A stretch of DNA of 37,520 bases from an uncultured virus (IMG/VR IMGVR_UViG_3300033463_000052) (taxonomy: Duplodnaviria; Heunggongvirae; Uroviricota; Caudoviricetes), in the IMG/VR virus record IMGVR_UViG_3300033463_000052. One strand, written 5' to 3'. The notes under the pieces are model-generated. The model was not told the DNA's origin. It saw only the letters and a program-made list of their open reading frames with translations, and searched no databases. Of the stretch, positions 19,687-27,478 are shown in pieces. The first letter of the stretch is position 1. Each line of letters starts with the position of its first letter. Position numbers and translations under genes: made by a program.

Positions 19687-20352
19687 ATGGAAAAATTTCA
19701 AGATATAAATACAGAAGATGTCATTTTTAAAAATGACTTTTCTTTCAAATTTAAAAATGGGGATTTAAATGGGGCATTTGATATTTTAGAAGATAATCCA
19801 CAATTAGATTCTAAGTCTTTTGTCGCAGAAGTAATAAATTTTATATCAAATACCTTATATTCTATAGAAGAAGATTATTATTCAAATACAGATGAATATT
19901 TAGATGATTTATCAGACAAGTTTCAATTAGTTATAGATAATTATAGATATATTGGAAGTTGGGATTCTTCTGTTACTTATAGAATTTATAATATCGTTAC
20001 TAATTCTAATAAATATTATATGTATATAAATCCTGTTCCAACTTCTGGCAATTCTTTATCGAATACTTATTATTGGATGGAGTTTAATTTAAAAGGTCAA
20101 AATGGTGCTGATGGGATTGGCATTGATTTTAAAGGTACTTGGGATTCATCTGTTACTTATAATTCATTAGATGGTGTTTATTATAATGGGGGGATTTGGT
20201 GTTCTAAAGCAACAAATACAAATCAAGCCCCATCAATTTCAAGTTCTTATTGGGAAAATGTAGTTACATTTCTTCAAGCCCAAATTATGTCTGGTTCTTC
20301 TGAACCTACTAATAAATACAATGGGCTAATATGGATAGAAATATTATCTTAA
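19687..20352 (+). CDS. Paralogous tail fibre/adhesin with carbohydrate-binding-like repeats
   Basis: Two 'G.WDSSVTY' repeats; same architecture as the preceding gene. Confidence 0.6.
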   Translation: MEKFQDINTEDVIFKNDFSFKFKNGDLNGAFDILEDNPQLDSKSFVAEVINFISNTLYSIEEDYYSNTDEYLDDLSDKFQLVIDNYRYIGSWDSSVTYRIYNIVTNSNKYYMYINPVPTSGNSLSNTYYWMEFNLKGQNGADGIGIDFKGTWDSSVTYNSLDGVYYNGGIWCSKATNTNQAPSISSSYWENVVTFLQAQIMSGSSEPTNKYNGLIWIEILS

Positions 20353-20369
20353 TATGTTAGGAGATAAAT

Positions 20370-20840
20370 ATGGCACAAAATTATAAAATTAGATTAAAAA
20401 GATGGAATGGTGTAGATTTTGACACTTTGAATCTTTCTTCAGAAAATATTTTAATGAACTCTGGTACAAATGTTGAAACTGCCATAAATAATAAACCATC
20501 AATAAATGATAGTTCTTCAACTTCATCTAATGTATGGAGCGCACAGAAAACACAAAATGAAGTTAATGGGGTTAAGCCTATAATTGCTTCTGTTACTTTA
20601 TCTGCTACATGGAGTGGAGCTGGGCCTTATACACAAGTAATAACTATAACAGGACAAACAATTACAAATAAAACAAAAGTTGATATTCAGCCAGATTCTA
20701 CTGTTATTACTGCCATGATGAATAATGGTATATATGGTCTTTATGTTGAAAATAATAATGGGACACTAACTGTTTATTCTGTTGGTGGAAAAACAAATGC
20801 TTCACTTACTATTCAAGTTTCACTTGTTGAGGTACAATAA
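20370..20840 (+). CDS. Tail fibre-associated protein
   Basis: 'KRWNGVDFDTL', 'WSAQK' and 'L.ATWSG.GPYTQ.I.I.G' fibre-type motifs. Confidence 0.55.
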   Translation: MAQNYKIRLKRWNGVDFDTLNLSSENILMNSGTNVETAINNKPSINDSSSTSSNVWSAQKTQNEVNGVKPIIASVTLSATWSGAGPYTQVITITGQTITNKTKVDIQPDSTVITAMMNNGIYGLYVENNNGTLTVYSVGGKTNASLTIQVSLVEVQ

Positions 20841-20842
20841 TT

Positions 20843-21682
20843 ATGAGTATTTTAGGGAATCCAATTATAGTTAGTTTAAATCCTAATAAAATGATTCCTT
20901 CTTTTACTTATTCCGGTAATTATAAATTTAGATATGAAGAATTGCAGGATGGCACTTATAATTGGGAACTTGCACTTTTAAGTGGTAATAATATAAATTT
21001 AAACTTTACACAAGTAACAGATAAAATAGATATATTTATTTGTGGTTCTGGTGCTGATGGCAGTAGGGGTTATTCACCAGAGGGGTATCAACATTATGCT
21101 TATGGTGGTAATGGTGGAAATGGTGGAGAACTTAAAAACCTTTACAATATTTCTATTGCTAAGAATACAAACTATTCAGTTAAAATAGGGAATCATGGAG
21201 AATTAACAAGTATTGGCATTGGTGGGACAACTTATAGTTGTTCTTCTGGTGGTGGTAAAACTGGTGGTGCTGGTGCGGCAGTTTTAGGCAATGCTTATGG
21301 CGGCACAGCTTCAGCAGAAAATGGTAAAAATGGTGTTATAGCTTTTAGTGACGCTACTAATTCTAATAATAGAGATACTAAATTATTAGGATGGAATGGT
21401 TATAAATATGGTGCTTCTGGTGGCGGTGGTGCGGCTAAGAATAGTGGCTATTACATTGTAAGAGGAAATGGTGCTGGTGGTCTTGGTAATGTTTCTGGTA
21501 CTGCTGGTGGTGGTGCTGGTGGTATGTGGGATACATATGGTGAAAATGGTAATGGCAAAAATGGTGTCGGCAACTCCGGTGGTGGAGGTGGCGGTGGTGC
21601 TTTTGACCAAAGCACTTATAGAGACTTTCCGGGTGGTACTGGTGGTTCTGGAATAATTATTATTAGAAACCATCGTTCATAA
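20843..21682 (+). CDS. Glycine-rich domain protein, putative receptor-binding tip
   Basis: GGxGG repeats ending 'GGTGGSGIIIIR'; last gene of the virion arm. Confidence 0.65.
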   Translation: MSILGNPIIVSLNPNKMIPSFTYSGNYKFRYEELQDGTYNWELALLSGNNINLNFTQVTDKIDIFICGSGADGSRGYSPEGYQHYAYGGNGGNGGELKNLYNISIAKNTNYSVKIGNHGELTSIGIGGTTYSCSSGGGKTGGAGAAVLGNAYGGTASAENGKNGVIAFSDATNSNNRDTKLLGWNGYKYGASGGGGAAKNSGYYIVRGNGAGGLGNVSGTAGGGAGGMWDTYGENGNGKNGVGNSGGGGGGGAFDQSTYRDFPGGTGGSGIIIIRNHRS

Positions 21683-21715
21683 AATTTCATTTTTAAAAAT
21701 GAACTTTTTTAAAAA

Positions 21716-21765
21716 AATAAAAAAATAGGGGAACAGTAATTTTACTGTTCCCCTATTTTTTTATT
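21716..21765. terminator. Bidirectional intrinsic terminator between convergent arms
   Basis: AATAAAAAAATAGGGGAACAGTAA-tt-TTACTGTTCCCCTATTTTTTTATT: perfect 24-bp arms with U tracts in both directions. Confidence 0.92.
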
Positions 21766-22336
21766 AAAATTTAATTTCTATATCTTCTTCGTTGTATTTA
21801 TTTTTTAAAAAATTGTTTAGATATTCTTCTATTTCTTCCCAATTATTCATTCTAATGTAAGATGGGAAAAGTGATTTTATATTTTGATTCCAAGGTTGAT
21901 TAAATAAAATATTTAAAGAATCAGTATATAAATTATGAAATCCATCATCAATTCTAATATCACCTTTAATAACGCCTTTGTCATAACACACTATTACATT
22001 ATTTTTATTTAATAAATTTGAATTAAAATTTTCTAATGTTTTTCTTATTTTATATCCTAAATAATCGCTTGGGAAAGAAGCGGTAACAAGATAAACCTTA
22101 TGCCCATTTTTAATAAGATTTTCTATACATTCAACTGCTTTTTTATTAATTTTAACTTCATCCCAAAATGTAAATTCTTCCATTGGTTTCCAAGGATTAT
22201 TAAAATTTTTTGTATACCAATCCCAACTTTTTATATCATCTTTCTTATAATCTGTTTTATGATTATTATTTAAATTTTTAAGAAGAATTTCCCCAAAATT
22301 AGAAATTGTATCATCTATATCTATAATAATAGTCAT
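21764..22336 (-). CDS. 5'(3')-deoxyribonucleotidase (HAD, NT5C family)
   Basis: IDIDDTI, VTA, 'K..IKGDIRIDD', 'FNQPWN'. Confidence 0.85.
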   Translation of the reverse strand: MTIIIDIDDTISNFGEILLKNLNNNHKTDYKKDDIKSWDWYTKNFNNPWKPMEEFTFWDEVKINKKAVECIENLIKNGHKVYLVTASFPSDYLGYKIRKTLENFNSNLLNKNNVIVCYDKGVIKGDIRIDDGFHNLYTDSLNILFNQPWNQNIKSLFPSYIRMNNWEEIEEYLNNFLKNKYNEEDIEIKF

Positions 22337-22824
22337 TAGTTTATCCCTGTACTTCCAAAACCACCCCTACTTTCAGAATCAAGATGGTCTATTGTATTAA
22401 TTTTAATATTATTAGGCATTTTCTTTACAATTCTAAACTGACAAATTCTATCATTAATATGAATATCTGCACTTCTTGTAGCTAAGACAGGCATCATCCA
22501 TATATCATTTTCGCCACAATAAGAATTATCAATAATTCCAATACCATTTGTCTGAATGATTCCCCAATTTTTAAAAGATGAAGAACGAGGAACAATATGT
22601 GCTTCATAACCCTCTGGCAATTTGACAGAAATTCCAAGGTCAATTAAATAGAAACTTCCGCTAAATAATTTATATTCCTTTGCCGCTCGAAGGTCAATCC
22701 AGTCCCCTTTTTCTAATAAATTTATAGGAATTAAATCTTTATTATGATACATTATATCTATCTTTAAAGAATTATCTAACTGATTATTTCTTTCTGTTGA
22801 ATTAAATACTTCACCCATACACAT
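22336..22824 (-). CDS. dut: Trimeric dUTPase
   Basis: WIDL, PRSS, GIIDNSYCG, RICQ, RGGFGSTG motifs. Confidence 0.95.
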   Translation of the reverse strand: MCMGEVFNSTERNNQLDNSLKIDIMYHNKDLIPINLLEKGDWIDLRAAKEYKLFSGSFYLIDLGISVKLPEGYEAHIVPRSSSFKNWGIIQTNGIGIIDNSYCGENDIWMMPVLATRSADIHINDRICQFRIVKKMPNNIKINTIDHLDSESRGGFGSTGIN

Positions 22825-22848
22825 ATATATATCCCTTTCTTTATTGTA

Positions 22849-22886
22849 TATAATTATACCCTATATATGAATAGGGTATAATTATA
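22849..22886. repeat. Perfect 16-bp inverted repeat upstream of dut
   Basis: TATAATTATACCCTAT-atatga-ATAGGGTATAATTATA. Confidence 0.8.
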
Positions 22887-22894
22887 ATAATAAT

Positions 22895-23062
22895 TTAAAG
22901 TTTCATTTTACCAGCTTTGGTATTATATTCTGATACTTCTATTTCTACATCAATATTTCTTTGAAATCTTGATGGGAATTTTTTGTTTTCTTCGTATCTT
23001 TTATAATTTACGACAGGAGTTTTTTTCTTTATATTTGCTTTACCACATTTTGGGTCTGTCAT
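22895..23062 (-). CDS. Small basic hypothetical protein (55 aa, not in ORF track)
   Basis: MTDPKCGKANIKKK...KAGKMKL*; AAGGA SD; fills the intergenic gap. Confidence 0.55.
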   Translation of the reverse strand: MTDPKCGKANIKKKTPVVNYKRYEENKKFPSRFQRNIDVEIEVSEYNTKAGKMKL

Positions 23063-23076
23063 TTTATAATCCTTTT

Positions 23077-23301
23077 TTATTGATAATGGTCATTATCATC
23101 CATAACACGACAATAATTTGTTTCAAATTCATCTCTTTGCATAAAAACTATATTGTTTCTATCTGAATATTTAGAATATTCATAATTAATAATATAAAGT
23201 TCTTCTTCTCTTGAAAGCATTACACAATATTCTTCATCAATAAGAAGTTCTATAATTTTTAATGCAGTTTCTTTATCATGTATAGCAATTGTATTATCCA
23301 T
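23077..23301 (-). CDS. Hypothetical protein
   Basis: 74-aa acidic ORF overlapping the permease stop. Confidence 0.6.
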   Translation of the reverse strand: MDNTIAIHDKETALKIIELLIDEEYCVMLSREEELYIINYEYSKYSDRNNIVFMQRDEFETNYCRVMDDNDHYQ

Positions 23302-24547
23302 CTATTTTCCTATCCTTTAAAATTAAATTAAGAATAACACCAACAATTAAAGCAAGGGCAGTAGCAGAAAAACTAATTGTATCATTTCCAACTACAAGTC
23401 CACTAATTCCAAGTGAAAGGACAGAAGAAACAATAATTAAATTCTTTTGTTCATTAAGATTTGTTTTCTGAAGCATTTTAATACCACTACAAGCAATAAA
23501 TCCATAAAGAATAATCGCCGCACCAGCAAATACACAAGATGGGATTGAAGCTATAAATACTTGAATAGGTTCAATAAATCCAAGAAGACCTAATATTAAA
23601 GCCGCAACTAATGTAACTCTTGTAGAAGCAACTTTACTAAATCCAACGCAAGCTACGCCTTCACCATAACTACAAATCCCAAGACCACCAATTGAAGTAC
23701 CAACAAGATTTGCTAAACCCTCACCAATAAATATCTTAGAAAGACCGGGCGTTTTATATAAGTCTGTTCCAATAATGCCACTTAATGCGGCATGGTCTGA
23801 CAGACATTCCATGATTGCACTAATAGCATAAGCAATAAACATTATAATAATTGGCATTAAAGTTCCAGATTTATATTCCCAATTAGTAAAAGCAAATGTT
23901 GGAATTTTAATAAAGCCAATATTATTAAATAATGAAAAATCAATAATTGGATAAATATTTAATAATGTAAAAACTACAGAAACTAAATATCCAGTCAGAA
24001 TACCAATTAAAAATGGTAAAATTTTAAAGATACCTTTTGCATAATGGCTTAAAAGCGCAATTACTAAAGTTGTAATTAAAGCAATAACAACGCCATACAT
24101 ATTTGTAATACCATTAATTTGAACATAGGTTAAAATAAATGGCATTAAGTTAATACCAATTACAACAGTTACAGCACCTATTAAAGCTGGTGGGAAAATT
24201 TTATAAATTTTTTCATAAAGAATTTTAGAAAATATAATTCCAAAGAAGCAATAAACAAGGCAAGAAGTTAAACCTCCTACTGCTACACCTAAATAACCAC
24301 CAGTTGCCAAGGCAAAAATGATGGGGGCTACAAAAGCGCCGCTATTACTTAAAAACATTGGGGACTTCATTCCAGTAATAATAAGATAAACTATTGTTGA
24401 TAATGAAGCACCAACTAAAGCCCCAGATGTTGGAACACCACAAATATTAGCAATTAATACTGTTGCAACAAAAACAGATAGAACCATTTGAAATGCAAAT
24501 AAAATTGTTTTATTAAAAGGTGGTCTATCTGAAATATTATAAATCAT
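23294..24547 (-). CDS. NCS2-family nucleobase (uracil/xanthine-type) permease
   Basis: Polytopic membrane protein; 'P.FLSNSGAF', 'FPP.LIG.V..VIG', 'ME.LSDH', 'GEGLAN', 'SYGE', 'LYGFIA.SG' match UraA/PyrP-like motifs. Confidence 0.9.
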   Translation of the reverse strand: MIYNISDRPPFNKTILFAFQMVLSVFVATVLIANICGVPTSGALVGASLSTIVYLIITGMKSPMFLSNSGAFVAPIIFALATGGYLGVAVGGLTSCLVYCFFGIIFSKILYEKIYKIFPPALIGAVTVVIGINLMPFILTYVQINGITNMYGVVIALITTLVIALLSHYAKGIFKILPFLIGILTGYLVSVVFTLLNIYPIIDFSLFNNIGFIKIPTFAFTNWEYKSGTLMPIIIMFIAYAISAIMECLSDHAALSGIIGTDLYKTPGLSKIFIGEGLANLVGTSIGGLGICSYGEGVACVGFSKVASTRVTLVAALILGLLGFIEPIQVFIASIPSCVFAGAAIILYGFIACSGIKMLQKTNLNEQKNLIIVSSVLSLGISGLVVGNDTISFSATALALIVGVILNLILKDRKIDG

Positions 24548-26006
24548 TTTTTATGTCTTCCTCTATTTCTTCTTTTTTATTTTTTATAGTTTCCCAATAT
24601 TTTTTATTTATTTCATTATAATTATCAGGAATTTCATCAAATTCTATATAAGACCAAATATATCCACCATAATAATATTTTTGACCTTTACAAGCTTTTA
24701 ATATACCAGAATTATCTAAATTAATTTCTTTTGACGCAATTGTAGCATTAGGATATTTTTTTATAAATTTATGATTATTTTTATCATATTGACACACATT
24801 CTTTTTTGTTTTATATAAACATGAAGAAATAAATTCTTTTCCATGAAAAACACATTTATATCCAAAAACCATTTTGTTATATAAACAAGATTGTGAAATT
24901 GCAGTTACATTACAATTTAAAAATTCAGAAGCTCTTGTCATATTGTCAAAAGTACAAATAAATTTTCCTTCTTGGTCATATAAATCTATCATTTTTCCTC
25001 GTGGATTAGGACAATATGGGTCAATTTTTTCTTCATTCCCATAAGCCCACATTAATCCTTGACATAGATTATTCCTTTCTATTGCTTGTGAAATTGTGTG
25101 TGATGTAACACCAATGCAATTAGCCGCATACATTTTAGATTTGTATGTATCAACCTTACACCCATCAACAGTATAAGAAGAAATAATATCTGGATGTTTG
25201 CCATATTGTCCACCAGCATTTGCAATATTATATCCATTTGGGGCATAAGTTGAATAATTATATACATCATCACACCAATATTTTTCACGGTTATCTAATT
25301 CGTTTTCGTCACATTCTTCAAGAACTGTAAATGTAAAATTTTCAATCCCATATTTATTTATTGCAATATCAACAGCTTGTGCATTTTCTTGTCTTAAAAA
25401 TCTATGAGAATTTAATCTTCTGTATATATCAACAGATTGCCCAATATACTTTTTGTCACTTAATCTGTTTGTAATAAGATAGATACCAGAAATATGATGA
25501 GTATTTATATATTCCATATAAAGTTCATGTATATATTCAAACATTTGTTCAGAACTGCCAACTATTACACCACAAGTTTCAATTACGCCTCTTGTAAAAA
25601 GATTGAAATAATTAAATTGAGAAGCACATTGATGTTGCGTCATATCCTGTACTTTTCTTTGTGTCATTGTTTTATAAGCGTCTCTTGTATCTGTATGTAA
25701 AATTACCATATGTTTGGCAGGATTATTTTTTGCTAATTCTGAAAAAATCCCAATTTCCGTTACTGTGCCAATAGGGGGAACATCATTATCTACACACGCG
25801 ATAAATAAGTCAGTTTCTTTAAGCCTTTCATAATCTCCATTATAAATCATTGTGCTATCTGCGAATGTAGTTTTATCATTTATAGTGGCTTCTTGTGGAA
25901 CATACATATCAATTCCGGGCCATGCTTTTCTAATGCCTTGTGCAAGATAAGCATTATATTTAATATCTTTATCATAAAAAATCGAACCAGCTAAATATGC
26001 TTTTAT
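24537..26006 (-). CDS. Nucleoside 2-deoxyribosyltransferase/N-glycosidase domain fused to a GIY-YIG endonuclease with NUMOD1-like repeats
   Basis: Frame open from ATA at 26006 (IKAYLAGSIF...YVPQE...D.L...DLFIACVD...GTVTEIG...NLF..G), then GIYLITN...YIGQS and repeated '..A......I...C...G..W' units. Confidence 0.8.
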   Translation of the reverse strand: MKAYLAGSIFYDKDIKYNAYLAQGIRKAWPGIDMYVPQEATINDKTTFADSTMIYNGDYERLKETDLFIACVDNDVPPIGTVTEIGIFSELAKNNPAKHMVILHTDTRDAYKTMTQRKVQDMTQHQCASQFNYFNLFTRGVIETCGVIVGSSEQMFEYIHELYMEYINTHHISGIYLITNRLSDKKYIGQSVDIYRRLNSHRFLRQENAQAVDIAINKYGIENFTFTVLEECDENELDNREKYWCDDVYNYSTYAPNGYNIANAGGQYGKHPDIISSYTVDGCKVDTYKSKMYAANCIGVTSHTISQAIERNNLCQGLMWAYGNEEKIDPYCPNPRGKMIDLYDQEGKFICTFDNMTRASEFLNCNVTAISQSCLYNKMVFGYKCVFHGKEFISSCLYKTKKNVCQYDKNNHKFIKKYPNATIASKEINLDNSGILKACKGQKYYYGGYIWSYIEFDEIPDNYNEINKKYWETIKNKKEEIEEDIKNDL

Positions 26007-26041
26007 TTATAACACTTCTTTCTAAAATATTTTTTTAAATA

Positions 26042-26248
26042 TCAACCTTCCCAATCATATTCTTCAACAAAAATATTATATTCATCATTGTCATAATCTT
26101 GAAGAACATCAATTACTGTATAAACTTCACCCTCAAAACAAATCTTTTCTTTCTTTCTTGGAAGACAACAATTTAAATGATTAAGGAAAAATTCTTTCAT
26201 AAAATGTTCTTTACCAAGTTTTCCATTAAAAATCTTAACAATCGGCAT
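26042..26248 (-). CDS. Hypothetical protein
   Basis: 68 aa with GAAAGGA SD. Confidence 0.55.
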   Translation of the reverse strand: MPIVKIFNGKLGKEHFMKEFFLNHLNCCLPRKKEKICFEGEVYTVIDVLQDYDNDEYNIFVEEYDWEG

Positions 26249-26263
26249 TTTTATTTTCCTTTC

Positions 26264-26743
26264 TTAACTAATTTTTTCTGCAAATTGGTTATCACTTGCT
26301 AATTCTACACCTAAAATTTCATCATATATAGAATTTCTATTTGGAATATATCTTCCAAATTTTATAATTATATTTTCAAACATTGAAAGAAATTTTATTT
26401 GCCCGTCAATTTCTTCTGGGTAATAACCAGTATAAATAATAAATGTGTCGCGGCAACATTCATAAAAACGAAAATATGCAATTAAATTAAAAATTTCATC
26501 AAATTGGTCAAAAGGTTCTAAACCACCAATTACAATAGCTTTCGTTATAGAATTATTAATATACCTTTCAAAAATTTTTTCTTCTGTTATATTAATTGTT
26601 TTTTCTTTTATAAGAGGAAGATTTTGGCAAATATCAATTCCTGCTTCTTTGCAACATTTCCAATCACAAGTAGAAGAAATTAAAAACATTGATGGAAGTT
26701 TATAATTGATAAAATCTTCATCCACAATTCCTTTTAGTTTCAT
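26264..26743 (-). CDS. nrdG: Anaerobic RNR activase (radical SAM)
   Basis: CxxxC...C (CDWKCC...CQN), GGLEP, YTGY, ASDNQ; downstream of nrdD. Confidence 0.85.
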   Translation of the reverse strand: MKLKGIVDEDFINYKLPSMFLISSTCDWKCCKEAGIDICQNLPLIKEKTINITEEKIFERYINNSITKAIVIGGLEPFDQFDEIFNLIAYFRFYECCRDTFIIYTGYYPEEIDGQIKFLSMFENIIIKFGRYIPNRNSIYDEILGVELASDNQFAEKIS

Positions 26744-26746
26744 ATA

Positions 26747-26796
26747 ATATCCTCCTTCTTATTATATATTATATCATAAAAAGGAGGATATGTCAA
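26747..26796 (-). promoter_or_regulatory. sigmaA promoter embedded in an inverted repeat with the nrdG SD
   Basis: TTGACA, 17 nt, TATAAT with TG extension; spacer complementary to AAGGAGGATA. Confidence 0.85.
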
Positions 26797-26809
26797 TATA
26801 CTGATTATA

Positions 26810-27478
26810 TTATTTCGTATTCCTAAGAGGATATTTTTCATTTATTTCATAAAATGTCAAACCTTTATTTATATGATAAATTGCCCCTTTAGTTAAATTA
26901 AACATATCAGCTATTTCTTTATAAGATTTGTTTGTATTTTTTAATAAATATTTTATAGTATTTAATTGGTCTATTTTTATTTTTTGTAGACCTTTTTTTA
27001 TTCTAATTGGGTATGTTATTTCTTCTTTACGATGTGTGATTCCATGATTTATGTCTGCCACAATTTTATCTGTAGTTTTGTATTTTTTAGCTATTTCTCT
27101 ATCAGAAAGATTGTTATTTTTTAATTCTTTAATAATATTATTTACTATATCTTCTTTTAATGTATTTTTAGGGTTATCTTCCCCATACATTACATAATTT
27201 TCGCCACCAGAAGAAATATTATAACCATGTGGAACTTTAGAATTATATTTTTTTATTAATTCTTTCTCTTTTTCATTAAAATTATCTGTCCATTCTAACA
27301 CAGAAAAAGAAAAATTTTCTTCACCATATTTTCTTATAGCTTGATGTATTGCATAATTATTATTATTTATTTTTGCGCTTGTTAAATGTTCTTTCCATCT
27401 TTTTTGGGGATTAATAGTTTGCCCAATATAAATTTTATGATTAACAATATTTTCTATTTTATATATTGCTTTTTTCAT
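26810..27478 (-). CDS. Free-standing GIY-YIG homing endonuclease with C-terminal HTH repeats
   Basis: AIYKIEN...IYIGQT..P..RW.EH...E...I...GYN; two HTH-like units; overlaps the nrdD end by 20 nt. Confidence 0.88.
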   Translation of the reverse strand: MKKAIYKIENIVNHKIYIGQTINPQKRWKEHLTSAKINNNNYAIHQAIRKYGEENFSFSVLEWTDNFNEKEKELIKKYNSKVPHGYNISSGGENYVMYGEDNPKNTLKEDIVNNIIKELKNNNLSDREIAKKYKTTDKIVADINHGITHRKEEITYPIRIKKGLQKIKIDQLNTIKYLLKNTNKSYKEIADMFNLTKGAIYHINKGLTFYEINEKYPLRNTK

